64,000 nt of DNA from positions 96,001-160,000 of the forward strand of contig JBGARZ010000016.1 of the NCBI GenBank assembly GCA_044229975.1. The letters run 5' to 3'. The position numbers and the translations under genes were made by a program. The notes below the pieces were generated by a model that worked only from the letters and a program-made list of their open reading frames with translations, did no database searches and was not told where the DNA came from. Shown here in pieces: positions 47,989 through 58,676 of the stretch. Source of the DNA: Polyangiales bacterium (GTDB taxonomy: Bacteria > Myxococcota_A > Polyangia > Polyangiales > Ga0077539). Within the stretch, counting starts at the first letter, position 1, and every line of letters starts with the position of its first letter.

Positions 47989-49737
47989 ATGGACTCCACT
48001 CAAACGACCCGGCACCTGCTCTCGGTGCTCATCTGGTTCCCGGCGGCCGCTGCGCTGCTGGCGCTCTTCCTCCCGCGGCAGGCCCCCAAGGTGCTGCGCG
48101 CGTACGGCGTCGGCGTCGGGCTCTTCCTCTTCGGGCAGTCGCTGCAACTGCTGGTGGGCTCCACCCACTCGGTGCAGTCGCGCACCTTCCGCTTCGTCGA
48201 AAACGTCGAGTGGATCCCGGCGTTCGGGATTCGCTACCACCTCGGCCTGGACGGCATCTCGCTCTGGCTCGTCATCCTGACGACCTTCCTCACGCCGCTC
48301 ACGCTGTACGTGTCCTTCGGCGCGATCCGTAATCGCCAGAAGGAGTTCATCGCCGCGATGCTCTTCCTCCAGAGCGCGATGATCGGGGCCTTCGTCTCCC
48401 TCGACCTGTTCCTGTTCTACACGTTCTGGGAGCTGATGCTGGTGCCGATGTTCCTCATGATCGGCGTCTTCGGAGGCAAGAACTCCGTGTACGCCGCCGT
48501 GAAGTTCTTCCTCTACACCTTCGCGGGCTCGGTCTTCATGCTGCTCGCGATCCTGTACATGGTCGCGCAGTACAAGGGCCTCACCGGCAACTACTCGTTC
48601 GACTATCAAGACCTGATGCGCCTCGCGTTCCCCGCGAGCACCGAGCGCTGGCTCTTCGCGGCCTTCACGCTGGCCTTCGCCATCAAGGTCCCGATGTGGC
48701 CGGTGCACACCTGGCTGCCCGACGCGCACACCGAGGCGCCCACCGGCGGCTCGATGATCCTCGCGGCCATCATGCTGAAGCTCGGCACCTACGGCTTCCT
48801 GCGCTTCAGCCTCGGGTTCTTCCCGCAGGCCGCCCACTGGATCGGCCCGACGGTCGCCCTCTTCGCCTGCATCGGCATCATCTACGGCGCCCTCGCGGCG
48901 TGGCGTCAGTACGACTTCAAGCGCCTCATCGCGTACTCCTCGGTGAGCCACCTCGGGTTCGTGATGCTCGGCCTCGCGTCGCGCTCTCCGACGGGTGTCT
49001 CCGGCGCCATCCTCCAGATGGTCAACCACGGCATCTCCACCGGCGCGCTCTTCCTCCTCGTCGGCGTCATCTACGACCGCCGCCACACCCGTGACGTCGC
49101 GGAGTTCGGCGGGCTCGCCAAGGTCATGCCCTGGTACGCCGCCGTCTTCGTGCTCGTCACCATGAGCTCCATCGGCCTGCCGGGGACCAACGGGTTCATC
49201 GGCGAGTTCCTCATCATCACGGGGAGCTTCGGCGCCGAGCTGCTGCGCTGGTCGTACCACTGCATGGGCAACGACTGCGACGTGGCCCAGATCGGCCCGT
49301 GGTTCGGCCTGCTCGCGGTGAGCGGCGTGATCCTCGGCGCGGTCTACATGCTCGACGTCACGCAGAAGGTCTTCTTCGGCGCCAACACCAACCCGAAGAA
49401 CCGCCACCTCGAAGACCTCAACCCCCGCGAGTGGACGGGCCTCGCCCCGCTCGTCGTCGCCATCTTCGCGCTGGGCTTGTTCCCCATGTACTTCCGCGAC
49501 CGCATCGACCCGTCGGTGCGCGCCTTCCTCGCGGTCTACAACAGCAAGCGCGAGGCGGTGCGCGACCCCATGAACGCCCACCCCACGCCGTGGCTCCTCG
49601 ACGCGTCGGCCATCACTCCGCCGGCCACCGACCCGGGCAACGGCCTGCCCGCGCGACCGCCGCCGTTGGAGGGCGCCGCGCCGCACGCCGCCCGCACCGC
49701 GCGCACCACCGACCTCCTCGTCGCGCAGGGAGACTGA
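47989..49737 (+). CDS. nuoM: NADH-quinone oxidoreductase subunit M
   Basis: FWELMLVPM, KVPMWPVHTWLPDAHTEAP, AYSSVSHLG. Confidence 0.96.
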   Translation: MDSTQTTRHLLSVLIWFPAAAALLALFLPRQAPKVLRAYGVGVGLFLFGQSLQLLVGSTHSVQSRTFRFVENVEWIPAFGIRYHLGLDGISLWLVILTTFLTPLTLYVSFGAIRNRQKEFIAAMLFLQSAMIGAFVSLDLFLFYTFWELMLVPMFLMIGVFGGKNSVYAAVKFFLYTFAGSVFMLLAILYMVAQYKGLTGNYSFDYQDLMRLAFPASTERWLFAAFTLAFAIKVPMWPVHTWLPDAHTEAPTGGSMILAAIMLKLGTYGFLRFSLGFFPQAAHWIGPTVALFACIGIIYGALAAWRQYDFKRLIAYSSVSHLGFVMLGLASRSPTGVSGAILQMVNHGISTGALFLLVGVIYDRRHTRDVAEFGGLAKVMPWYAAVFVLVTMSSIGLPGTNGFIGEFLIITGSFGAELLRWSYHCMGNDCDVAQIGPWFGLLAVSGVILGAVYMLDVTQKVFFGANTNPKNRHLEDLNPREWTGLAPLVVAIFALGLFPMYFRDRIDPSVRAFLAVYNSKREAVRDPMNAHPTPWLLDASAITPPATDPGNGLPARPPPLEGAAPHAARTARTTDLLVAQGD

Positions 49738-49741
49738 GAAC

Positions 49742-51301
49742 GTGAACCTCCTCCTGGTCCTCGCTCCCATCCTCACGCTCGCCGTCGGCGGCGTGGTCCT
49801 CATGATGCTCGACGCCTTCCAGAAGGAAGACGGCCAGCTCGCGATGCCCACGGCGCTGCTGCACTTCGTCGCCGCCGCCGCCGCCCTCGCGCTCTGGCAG
49901 CGCGGCATCCCCGCGACGGCCGCTGCTGCCGTCGCCCCGTGGCTCACCATCGACCGCACCGGGCTCTTCCTCGCGGCCGTCATCTCCGTCGGCGGCGCGC
50001 TCGCGTCGCTGCTCGCGGGCGGCTACCTCGCCGAGCACAAGCTCGATCGCGGCGAGTACTACCCCCTCATCGCCTTCGCCTCGTCGGGCGCCATCATGCT
50101 GGCGCAGGCGGGCGACACGCTGACCCTCTTCCTGGGTCTGGAGACGATGTCCCTGGGCGTGTACGCGATGACCGGCTTCCGCCGCAGCAACGTCCGCTCG
50201 GTCGAGGCCGCGCTCAAGTACTTCCTGCTGGGCTCGTTCGCCGCCGCGCTGCTGCTCTTCGGGGCCGCGCTGCTCTACGCCATCACCGGGCACACCGACT
50301 ACGCGGGCATCGCCGCGGCCCTGCGCCCGACCGCCGAGCTCCCCACCGACCTCGTGGCCCGCGCCGCCGAGGAGCAGCTCCGCAGCATCCACACGCGCAT
50401 CTCCATCTTCGCGATGGTCCTCGTCATCGTCGGCCTCGCCTTCAAGGTCGGCGCCGTCCCCTTCCACATGTGGACGCCCGACGCCTACGAGGGCGCGCCG
50501 ACGTCGACCACCGCGTACATGAGCGTCGTGGTGAAGGCGGCAGCCTTCGGCGCATTCATGCGGGTCATGCTGGTGATCTTCGGCGACGCGGGCAGCGCGA
50601 GCGGCACCGCGGGCTGGCCGGCTCTCCTCGCCTGGATCGCCGTCCTCACCATGACCATCGCCAACCTCGTCGCCCTCACGCAGACCAGCGTGAAGCGCAT
50701 GCTGGCGTACAGCTCCATCGCGCACGGCGGGTACATCCTCCTGGGCGTGCTCGCGGCCCCCAAGGATGGCGTCGGCATCGCGGCGCAGGCCTCGGTGCTC
50801 TTCTACCTGGCGGGCTACGCGGTCACCAACGTGGGCGTCTTCGCGGCGCTCGCGCTCGCGGGCCGTCGCGGCGCCGAGGCGGTGAGCTTCGACGACCTCT
50901 CGGGCTACGCGCGGCGTCACCCGGCGGCGGGCTTCGCGCTGGCGTTCTTCCTCCTGTCGCTGACGGGCATCCCCCCGACGGTGGGCTTCTTCGGGAAGTT
51001 CTACGTCATCCGCGCGACCCTCGACGCGGGCTACTCCACGCTGGCCATCATCGCCGTGCTCAACAGCGCGGTGTCGGCCTACTACTACCTCGGCGTGCTG
51101 GTGAAGATGTACATGCGCGAGCCCGCTCCGGGTGCTGCGCAGGCCGCGCCCAACCGGTCGTTCTACATCGTGTTCACCATCCTCGTGTCGGCGGCGCTGG
51201 TGCTTCACATGGGCATGCTCCCGCAGCGCTGGCTCAGCCTCGCCATCGAGGCCTCGACCCCCGTCACCGCTCCCGCCGCCGCCCCCGCCGCGCAGCCCTG
51301 A
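49742..51301 (+). CDS. nuoN: NADH-quinone oxidoreductase subunit N
   Basis: EAALKYFLLG, FKVGAVPFHMWTPDAYEGAP, KRMLAYSSIAH, GIPPTVGFFGKF. Confidence 0.96.
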   Translation: MNLLLVLAPILTLAVGGVVLMMLDAFQKEDGQLAMPTALLHFVAAAAALALWQRGIPATAAAAVAPWLTIDRTGLFLAAVISVGGALASLLAGGYLAEHKLDRGEYYPLIAFASSGAIMLAQAGDTLTLFLGLETMSLGVYAMTGFRRSNVRSVEAALKYFLLGSFAAALLLFGAALLYAITGHTDYAGIAAALRPTAELPTDLVARAAEEQLRSIHTRISIFAMVLVIVGLAFKVGAVPFHMWTPDAYEGAPTSTTAYMSVVVKAAAFGAFMRVMLVIFGDAGSASGTAGWPALLAWIAVLTMTIANLVALTQTSVKRMLAYSSIAHGGYILLGVLAAPKDGVGIAAQASVLFYLAGYAVTNVGVFAALALAGRRGAEAVSFDDLSGYARRHPAAGFALAFFLLSLTGIPPTVGFFGKFYVIRATLDAGYSTLAIIAVLNSAVSAYYYLGVLVKMYMREPAPGAAQAAPNRSFYIVFTILVSAALVLHMGMLPQRWLSLAIEASTPVTAPAAAPAAQP

Positions 51302-51345
51302 GGCCGTCTACGCCTCTGGCACACGGCATGGAACACTCCTCCACC

Positions 51346-52221
51346 ATGTCGCATCGACTCCCGCTGGTTTCCCGGCATTTCCCCTTCCTCACCACCTCGC
51401 TGCTGACAACCGGGTTGGCGCTCACCGGGTGCAACCGCCCCGCCCCCGAGCCCCGCGTGGCAACGCCCGTGGTCGCCGACGCGGGCGCTTCGCGAACGCG
51501 CCCGACGCCACCACCGCCGTCGGGTCCGACCGGCTCGGTCGAGGGCCTGGTGCGGTTGACCGGGACGGTTCCGGCGCCGGAGCCCATCGCCATCGACGCG
51601 GACGTCGCTCGCATGCGCGGGTGCGCCGACAGCGCGCGCGGGTACTACGCCAACCCCTACGGCATCACCGCGGCCGGGCCGCTGCCCGAGGCGCTGGTCA
51701 CGGTCGACGCGCGCACCTCGTCACCGCCTCCAGCGCGGCGTCGCACCGCGACCTTCAACGACTGCACCATCGAGCCGAGGGTGTTGGCGATGGACATGGC
51801 CGACACGCTGGTGATGCACGCCTCCACGGACGCGCATCACCTCACGAAGGTCGACGGCATGGGCGCCACCATCGCGCAGATGCTCATGCCCAACGACGAC
51901 CAGGAGAAGACCCTCCAGCGCCCCGGGCGGTACATCCTGCACTCGGTGCTCTTCCCCAACTGGATGCAGACGCCGCTCATCGTGATGCGCAACCCCTTCT
52001 ACGACCAGACGAGCCGCGAGGGTCGCTACCGCATCAACAACGTCCCGGCGGGCACGTACACCATGCACGCCTGGTTTCCGGGGCTCCAGGACGTGAGCGC
52101 GAGCGTCACCGTCACCGCGGGCGCGACCGCGCAGGTGGACTTCGCGCTCGCTGCTCAGCCGCTCGCCGCGGTGCGCCCGCCGATGGCGCCACCGTCCGAC
52201 GCGGGCGCTGTCATTCCGTAG
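51346..52221 (+). CDS. Lipoprotein with carboxypeptidase-regulatory-like domain
   Basis: Lipobox LTGC; GSVEGLVRL; CTIEPRV; NPFYDQTSREGRYRINNVPAGTYTMHAW. Start 51328 or 51346. Confidence 0.8.
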   Translation: MSHRLPLVSRHFPFLTTSLLTTGLALTGCNRPAPEPRVATPVVADAGASRTRPTPPPPSGPTGSVEGLVRLTGTVPAPEPIAIDADVARMRGCADSARGYYANPYGITAAGPLPEALVTVDARTSSPPPARRRTATFNDCTIEPRVLAMDMADTLVMHASTDAHHLTKVDGMGATIAQMLMPNDDQEKTLQRPGRYILHSVLFPNWMQTPLIVMRNPFYDQTSREGRYRINNVPAGTYTMHAWFPGLQDVSASVTVTAGATAQVDFALAAQPLAAVRPPMAPPSDAGAVIP

Positions 52222-52250
52222 CGGGAGTGGTCTGGGAGTCGTCGCGTCCA

Positions 52251-52279
52251 GCTACCGCGGGTTGAAAACCCACGGCAGC
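52251..52279. repeat. REP-like hairpin / possible terminator between convergent genes
   Basis: gctaccgcgggtt-gaa-aacccacggcagc: 13-bp stem, fully paired on the minus strand with two G-U pairs. Confidence 0.6.
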
Positions 52280-52294
52280 GGGGGCGCAGCGAAC

Positions 52295-54283
52295 TCAGGG
52301 AGCGACGACCGCGACGTCCAGCGTGTAGTCCCCGCCGGTGCGGAAGCCGCAACCCTGCACCGCGAGGTAGTACGTCCCGGCCGCGAGCGTGACGTCGACC
52401 TGTGATGCCTGCGCGACGGTGTCGTCGTTGCAGCCGTTGGTCACCGGGCGGCCCGGGCAGGTGTCGCCCTCGTTCACCGACAGGATCGTGTCGAAGCCCG
52501 AACCCAGCGTGTTGGCGATGATGCGACGCCGTTCGGTGAGGGTGATCTGGTAGTACACCGCGCGGCCGCCCGCGCAGCCGAGGCCGCCGCACGGAGGCTG
52601 CGCGATGACCTGCGGCGCGGCCGACGAGTTGCCGCGGAAGATGCCGCCCGTCACCGGGATGGTGCGCCGCGCCATGCAACTGTCGTTGCCCGTCACCGAC
52701 GTGGCCGTCGCTGTCGGGACGGTGAGGTACTGCGCGCTCACCGTTCCGGCGGTGCCCTCGGTGCCGGCGGCGATGCTGTACGCCTGCCCCGCCGTGAGCC
52801 CCTGGAAGCGCCGCCACACGTTGGTGCCAGGGCCCGTGCAGCCGAGCACCGTGGTGCCCCCGCAGGGCGTCTGTAGCGCGTAGCCCACGCGCGCCGCGTC
52901 GCTGCCCGCCACGTTGACGAGCACGTCCTGCCCCGTCGGCGCGGTGAACCCGAACACGGCATCCGCCCGCGACATCGCGAGGCACGACAGCGTCACCGAG
53001 CCCGGCGTGAGCGCGGCCACGTCGGCGCGCGCCACGACCCCCGGCATCAGCGCGACGCCCGGGCAACGATCGGCCGGACCCGGCAGCGTCGGCGCGGCCG
53101 TGGTGACGGTGGTGACCAGCGTGCGACCCGCGGTGCCCGCCGAGCGGTGCTCGACCAGCACGAAGTAGGTGCCCGGCGCCTGGTTGCGCAGCGTGCGTCG
53201 CCCGGGGTTGCCCGTGACGCATCCCGCGAGTCCGGTCGCGCGGTCGCTGCACGTCGTGGCGACCCCGACGGCGATGTCGCCGGTGCCGGTGGCGCTCACG
53301 TTGATGGTCACATCACGCGCGCTGGTGAGCGTGTACGAAAACACCGAGTCGACCCAGCCCGACGGGGTCCCGTTGGAGCCGCAGGTGGTGCCGTGGTCGG
53401 CGTCGGCGGCGAAGCCCATGGTGGACAGCGACACGGGCGGACCATCGGGCGCCACGACGACGCCGGGGCACACGTCGCCGCGCGAGCGGGGCCGGGCCGG
53501 GGTGATGGTCGCCTGCACGATGGCCGGGTTGCCGCGGTTGGAGGAGACCGCGACGGCGTAGGTGCCCGGGCCGAGCGTGGAGGCGCGCAGCGTGGCGACG
53601 CCGTCGGCGCCGGTGGCGCTGCTGTTGGAGCAGCGGAGCTCACCCGCCCGGTCGCCGCAGGTGGCCGCGGTGCTGAGGGTGAGCACCACCGCGTCGCCGC
53701 CCGTCGGGTTGGCGGTGATGACCACGTCGCTCGGCGTCGTGATGGTGAGCGGGATGATGCCGTCGGGGCCCGCGGCGGTCTGCATCCCTTCGCAGCTCGC
53801 GGGCAGGCCGCTGGTGAGGCCGGTGAAGGTGACGGTGTGGGCAGTGCCGTCATCGAGGCCGTTGCAGGGGCCAGGGAAGGTCGATGGGCAGCGGTCGGTG
53901 ATGCCGTTGCCACACGCGGGCCCGGAGTCGATCGGCGGCGGGACATCCACCGCAGCAACATCCGTCGGCGTCGGAAGGTCTTCGAAGACGACCGGCACGT
54001 CGTCGGTGGGCGAGGGGACGTCGTCAGGGAAGACGAGGGAGTCGTTGGTGATGACGGCGTCGGCGAAGGGCACGCCGGCGTCGTCAGGAACGCCGGTCTC
54101 CCCGGTGGTGATGATCCCGTTGTCCACGGCGATGCCGGCGTCTGGCGGGAGGGCGGCGGAGTCCGTCGTGGTGGAGGCGTCGTCGCGCGCGCCGTCGAGC
54201 GGCGGCAGCAGCAGCACCGTCGAGCCACACGCGCTGAGCGCCCCCATGGACAAACACACCATCAAGCCACGCCACCGAAGCAT
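52295..54283 (-). CDS. Lipoprotein with about four tandem PPC-like beta-sandwich domains
   Basis: Lipobox LSAC, DVP linker, repeated ...PGTY(A/F)V.V and GFDTILSV...CNDD...AAGTYYLAV. Confidence 0.82.
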   Translation of the reverse strand: MLRWRGLMVCLSMGALSACGSTVLLLPPLDGARDDASTTTDSAALPPDAGIAVDNGIITTGETGVPDDAGVPFADAVITNDSLVFPDDVPSPTDDVPVVFEDLPTPTDVAAVDVPPPIDSGPACGNGITDRCPSTFPGPCNGLDDGTAHTVTFTGLTSGLPASCEGMQTAAGPDGIIPLTITTPSDVVITANPTGGDAVVLTLSTAATCGDRAGELRCSNSSATGADGVATLRASTLGPGTYAVAVSSNRGNPAIVQATITPARPRSRGDVCPGVVVAPDGPPVSLSTMGFAADADHGTTCGSNGTPSGWVDSVFSYTLTSARDVTINVSATGTGDIAVGVATTCSDRATGLAGCVTGNPGRRTLRNQAPGTYFVLVEHRSAGTAGRTLVTTVTTAAPTLPGPADRCPGVALMPGVVARADVAALTPGSVTLSCLAMSRADAVFGFTAPTGQDVLVNVAGSDAARVGYALQTPCGGTTVLGCTGPGTNVWRRFQGLTAGQAYSIAAGTEGTAGTVSAQYLTVPTATATSVTGNDSCMARRTIPVTGGIFRGNSSAAPQVIAQPPCGGLGCAGGRAVYYQITLTERRRIIANTLGSGFDTILSVNEGDTCPGRPVTNGCNDDTVAQASQVDVTLAAGTYYLAVQGCGFRTGGDYTLDVAVVAP

Positions 54284-54425
54284 CGATCGACTCCTTTGAG
54301 GGCTCCGGGAGGGTCGAGCGGGTCCCGCGCCCCTGCGAAGCAGCGCGGTTGTACACCGGGGCCCGCGCGCACAACATGGGGTTGCAAAGTCGCAAGGGAC
54401 GGCGCGCAGGACTACCCTCCGGCGC

Positions 54426-55817
54426 GTGAATGCAAGCGACACGACGGTGCTGGTGGTGGAGGACGACCGATCGAACCTGGAGTCGCTGGAGCGGCTCCTG
54501 TCGCGCGAGGGCTACCGGGTGTCGACGGCGCCCGACGCGAAGACGGCGCTCGACCTGCTGCGCCGCCAGCGGGTCGAGGTGGTGGTCACCGACCTGATGA
54601 TGCCGGGCGCCTCGGGCATCGACCTCTTGAAGGCGACCAAGACGGTGTCGCCCGAGACGGAGGTCATCGTGATGACCGCGTACGGCACGGTCGAGACGGC
54701 CGTCGAGGCGATGCGCGGGGGCGCGTACGACTTCGTGGAGAAGCCGCTCAAGCGCGTGCAGATCGTGAAGAGCGTCGCGAAGGCGGCCGAGAAGGCGTCG
54801 CTCGTGGCGGAGAACCGGGTGCTGCGCGAGGAGATCTCGGCGCTGCGCAAGCGCGAGATCGTGGGCAACTCGCCGGCGCTGCGGCAGGTGCTGGAGGTCG
54901 CGGGGCAGGCGGCGCCCTCGATGGCGACGGTGCTCATCCTGGGCGAGTCAGGAACCGGCAAGGAGCTGCTGGCGCGCTACGTCCACGCGCGGTCGAGCCG
55001 GGCGGCGGGGGCGTTCATCGCGGTGAACTGCGCGGCCATCCCGGAGACCATCCTCGAAGCGGAGCTGTTCGGGTACGAGCGCGGGGCGTTTACGGGGGCG
55101 GTGGCCAAGCGGGACGGACGCTTCGCGCAGGCGCGGGGCGGAACGCTCTTCCTCGACGAGATCGGCGAGCTGTCCCCCGCGGTGCAGGTGAAGCTCCTGC
55201 GGGTGTTGCAGGAGGGCGAGTACGAGCCGCTGGGCGGGCGCACGCAGCGGGCGGACGTTCGGGTGGTGGCGGCGACCAACCGCGACCTGCGTGACGAGGT
55301 CGCGGCGAAGCGCTTCCGCGAAGACCTCTACTACCGGCTCAACGTCATCGCGATCACGGCCCCGCCGCTGCGCTCGCGGCCGTCGGACGTGCCGTTGTTG
55401 ATCGAGCACTTCCTCAAGGTGTTTGGTCAGCGCAACGGGAAGGGCCCGTTTGCGGTGGCGCCGGCGGCGATGGAGCGGCTCTCGCGCTACGGCTGGCCCG
55501 GCAACGTGCGCGAGCTGGAGAACACCATCGAGCGCGCCGTGGTGCTCTCGCGCAGCACAACCCTGGACGTCGCGGACTTCCCCAAGGGGCTGGTGGAGAG
55601 CGAGCAGGCGCGCTCGGAGCTGGTGGTGCCCATCGGGACGCCGCTGGAGGAGATCGAGCGCATGGTGATTCGCGAGACGCTGCGGGTGACCCACGGCGAC
55701 AAGCGGCTCACGGCGCAGTTACTGGGCATCGCGACGCGCACCATCTACCGACGGCTCGCCGAGGAGCGCGACGGCGGCGTCGGGGGGGACGGGATGGAGG
55801 ACGAGGAGAGTGAGTGA
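54426..55817 (+). CDS. NtrC/AtoC-family sigma54-dependent response regulator
   Basis: Receiver domain (VEDD, TDLMMP, KP), [24 protein letters not shown], Fis HTH. Confidence 0.95.
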   Translation: MNASDTTVLVVEDDRSNLESLERLLSREGYRVSTAPDAKTALDLLRRQRVEVVVTDLMMPGASGIDLLKATKTVSPETEVIVMTAYGTVETAVEAMRGGAYDFVEKPLKRVQIVKSVAKAAEKASLVAENRVLREEISALRKREIVGNSPALRQVLEVAGQAAPSMATVLILGESGTGKELLARYVHARSSRAAGAFIAVNCAAIPETILEAELFGYERGAFTGAVAKRDGRFAQARGGTLFLDEIGELSPAVQVKLLRVLQEGEYEPLGGRTQRADVRVVAATNRDLRDEVAAKRFREDLYYRLNVIAITAPPLRSRPSDVPLLIEHFLKVFGQRNGKGPFAVAPAAMERLSRYGWPGNVRELENTIERAVVLSRSTTLDVADFPKGLVESEQARSELVVPIGTPLEEIERMVIRETLRVTHGDKRLTAQLLGIATRTIYRRLAEERDGGVGGDGMEDEESE

Positions 55818-55868
55818 CCTGTCGTGGGTGTGGCGCGGGAGGCGTTCTCGCGCGACAAACTCGGGGGC

Positions 55869-57395
55869 ATGACATCGAACCTTGAGGCGACGCTCCGCGA
55901 CCCGGCCCGGTTGCGAGCGCTGGTCGAGACGGGGCTCCTCGACTCCGCGCCGGAGGTGGCCTTCGATCGGCTGACCCGGCTGGCGTCGAAGATCCTGCGG
56001 GTGCCCGTCGCGCTGGTGTCGCTCGTCGACGACCACCGGCAGTTCTTCAAGAGCGCGGTGGGCCTCGGCGAGCCGTGGGCGACGCGGCGGGAGACCCCGC
56101 TGTCGCACTCGTTCTGCCAGCACGCGGTGGCCTCGCGCGAGCCGCTGGTGGTGTTCGACGCGCGCGAGCACCCGTTGCTCCGGCACAACCTCGCCATCGT
56201 CGACCTCGACGTGGTCGCGTACGCGGGCGTTCCGCTGGTGACCTCCGACGCGCAGGCGCTGGGTGCCCTCTGCGTCATCGAGGCGACGCCGCGGCGGTGG
56301 ACCGACGAGGAGATGGAGGTCCTCCGCGAGCTGGCGGCGTCGGTGGTGACCGAGATCGAGCTGCGTCGGGTCGCGCGCGAGTCCCTGGCCGCGGCCGAGG
56401 CGCTGGCGGTTCTCCAGGCGGCGGCCGAGGCGGCCAACATGGCGGAGTCGAGCGCGGAGGTCACGCAGCGCTGCCTCGACCTGCTGTGCGCGCACACCAC
56501 GTGGCCGGTGGGTCACGCGTACCTGAAGCGCGGCGACGCGCTGGTGTCGGGCGAGCTCTGGAGCGCCGGGACGTCGGATCGCTTCGAGGACTTTCGCGCG
56601 CTGACGGCGCGCACGCGGCTGGAGTCGGGGGTCGGGCTGCCGGGGCGGGTGCTGGCGTCGGGTGAGCCGGAGTCCGTGGACGACGCGGGCGCCGACCCGG
56701 GTTCAGCCCGCGCGGCGACGGCGCGGGCCGTGGGGCTGCGCGGCGGGTTCGCGCTGCCGGTGCGGGTGGGCAGCGAGGTGGTGGCGGTGCTGGAGTTCTA
56801 CGCGGACACGGCGGAGTCGCTCGACGCGAGGACGCGCGCGGTGATGGCCAACGTGGGCACGCAGCTCGGGCGCGTGGTCGAGCGCGAGCGCCACGCGGCC
56901 GCGGTGGAGGGGCTGTCGCTGACCGACGAGCTCACGGGCCTGCACAACCGCCGCGGGTTCACGGCGTTGGCGGCGCAGGCGCTGGCGCTGGCGACGCGGC
57001 AGGGCAAGAGCGCGCAGCTCTGCTTCATCGACATGGACGGGCTCAAGCGCATCAACGACGAGTTCGGCCACGAGGCGGGCGACCGCGCCCTCGTCGAGCT
57101 GGCCACGGTGCTGAAGAAGACCTTCCGCCAGTCGGACGTGGTGGCGCGGCTCGGGGGCGATGAGTTCGTGGTGTTCGCGCCGGAGGCGTCGGAGCAGACG
57201 CGGCCGTCCATCCGGTCGCGGCTCAACGCACAGCTGGCGACGCACAACGTGAAGGGCGAGCGGGAGTTCACGCTGTCGGCGAGCGTGGGGCTGACGACGT
57301 ACGACCCGTCGAACCCGCAGACCCTGGACGCCCTGCTCGCGCGCGCCGACGCCCTGATGTACGAGGACAAGCGATCGCGCAAGGCGGGGCGGTAG
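55869..57395 (+). CDS. GAF-GAF-GGDEF diguanylate cyclase
   Basis: FDRLTRLA...SFCQH (GAF), GLPGRV (GAF), DELTGLHNRR, RQSD I-site, RLGGDEF. Confidence 0.93.
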   Translation: MTSNLEATLRDPARLRALVETGLLDSAPEVAFDRLTRLASKILRVPVALVSLVDDHRQFFKSAVGLGEPWATRRETPLSHSFCQHAVASREPLVVFDAREHPLLRHNLAIVDLDVVAYAGVPLVTSDAQALGALCVIEATPRRWTDEEMEVLRELAASVVTEIELRRVARESLAAAEALAVLQAAAEAANMAESSAEVTQRCLDLLCAHTTWPVGHAYLKRGDALVSGELWSAGTSDRFEDFRALTARTRLESGVGLPGRVLASGEPESVDDAGADPGSARAATARAVGLRGGFALPVRVGSEVVAVLEFYADTAESLDARTRAVMANVGTQLGRVVERERHAAAVEGLSLTDELTGLHNRRGFTALAAQALALATRQGKSAQLCFIDMDGLKRINDEFGHEAGDRALVELATVLKKTFRQSDVVARLGGDEFVVFAPEASEQTRPSIRSRLNAQLATHNVKGEREFTLSASVGLTTYDPSNPQTLDALLARADALMYEDKRSRKAGR

Positions 57396-58640
57396 CTACG
57401 GGGTCGGGCTGACCGGTGCCGCCGGTCGGGCCATCGGTCTCGCCGCGGGACGCACCGCCGCCGGTCGCGCGATGGTGCGCTGGCCCATGCCCGCCGGCGT
57501 CGCCGCCGGGAGCGTTCGCTGGTTGGCGCCCGCGGGCGTCGGGGCGGGCGTCACGTCGACGTTGGGCCGCGCGGCGTCGTCCTGGTGGATGGAGTACCGC
57601 ACCAGCGCGCGCAGCACCTCGTTGCGCTGGATGTTGCCCACGAGGCTCTTGATGTCCTCGTACAGCGACGGGTCGACGAGCAGCGCGCCGAGCGTCCCAC
57701 GCCCCGCGCGAATGTCCGTCATGAGCGCGTTGGTCTGCGTGGTGACCTGGTTGAGGTTGGTCAGCGTCTGCGCGAGGTCGTTGCCGTAGATCACCTGGTG
57801 CAGTCCGCCGTTGCCGGTGCGCACGTCGCGGGTGATGGCGCCCACCTCGTTGGCCGCGCTCGCGAGGTTGCGCACCATGGTCTCGCCCTCGCGGTCGTAG
57901 ATGAGCGCGTGCACGAGGCCGTGGCCGTTGCGGGCGTCGCGGGCGAGGCCGTCGACCTGGTCCATCGTGGACGAGGCGTGCGCCGCGGTGGACTGCACCG
58001 AGGCCATCATCGCGTCGACGCGCCGGGCCATCGCGTCGCTGGTGAGCATGTCGTGCACCGGGCCCGGGCCCGTCGCGATCTGGCCCGTGATGACGCTGAG
58101 GTTGTGCAGCGCCGCCTGGAGGTCGGCCGTGGACTGCGGCGACGCCAGCGCGCCCGTCATGCGCGAGACGTCGGCGAGCACGGTGTTGACCCGCGTGGCC
58201 GCCTGCGCCGCGGCGCGCATCGCGCCCGCGAGGTCGTCGGACTCCTCCGAGGTGACGTTGGCGCCGTTGGCGACCGGCGCGCCCGCGGCGGTGCCCATGG
58301 TGATGTCGAGGGCCTTGTCGCCCAGCAGGCCCTTGCTGGCGATGCTCACGCGGCTGTCGGAGCGCACGCGCTGGAGCTGGTCGGACACCATCGAGAAGGC
58401 CACGTGGATGCGGCGGTCGGCGTCGCTCGTGCCGAAGGAGATGGTCTGCACCTGGCCCACGTCGAGGCCGCCCATGCGAACGGGCGAGCCCACCTTCAGG
58501 CCCGCGACGTCGTTGAAGGTCGTGTGCAGCACGGTGTGCCGCTGAAACATGTGCCGCTCGTCACCCACCAGGAAGATGAGGATGCCGGCGACGATGAGGC
58601 CGATGAGGAGGAAGAGGCCGACCTTGACGTTCCTGACCAT
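57396..58640 (-). CDS. mlaD: MCE/MlaD family protein with long helical domain
   Basis: N-terminal TM, DVAGLKVGSPVRMGGLDVGQV, KGLLGDKALDI, GTLGALLVDPSLY. Confidence 0.9.
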   Translation of the reverse strand: MVRNVKVGLFLLIGLIVAGILIFLVGDERHMFQRHTVLHTTFNDVAGLKVGSPVRMGGLDVGQVQTISFGTSDADRRIHVAFSMVSDQLQRVRSDSRVSIASKGLLGDKALDITMGTAAGAPVANGANVTSEESDDLAGAMRAAAQAATRVNTVLADVSRMTGALASPQSTADLQAALHNLSVITGQIATGPGPVHDMLTSDAMARRVDAMMASVQSTAAHASSTMDQVDGLARDARNGHGLVHALIYDREGETMVRNLASAANEVGAITRDVRTGNGGLHQVIYGNDLAQTLTNLNQVTTQTNALMTDIRAGRGTLGALLVDPSLYEDIKSLVGNIQRNEVLRALVRYSIHQDDAARPNVDVTPAPTPAGANQRTLPAATPAGMGQRTIARPAAVRPAARPMARPAAPVSPTP

Positions 58641-58676
58641 GACGGGTGTTGCTCGCGGGGAGTGTGAAGGTGGGCG

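Noticed and set aside
51317..51332. TGGCAC-N5-ATGG as a sigma54 promoter
   Set aside because: The -12 element is GG rather than the near-invariant GC; too weak to call.
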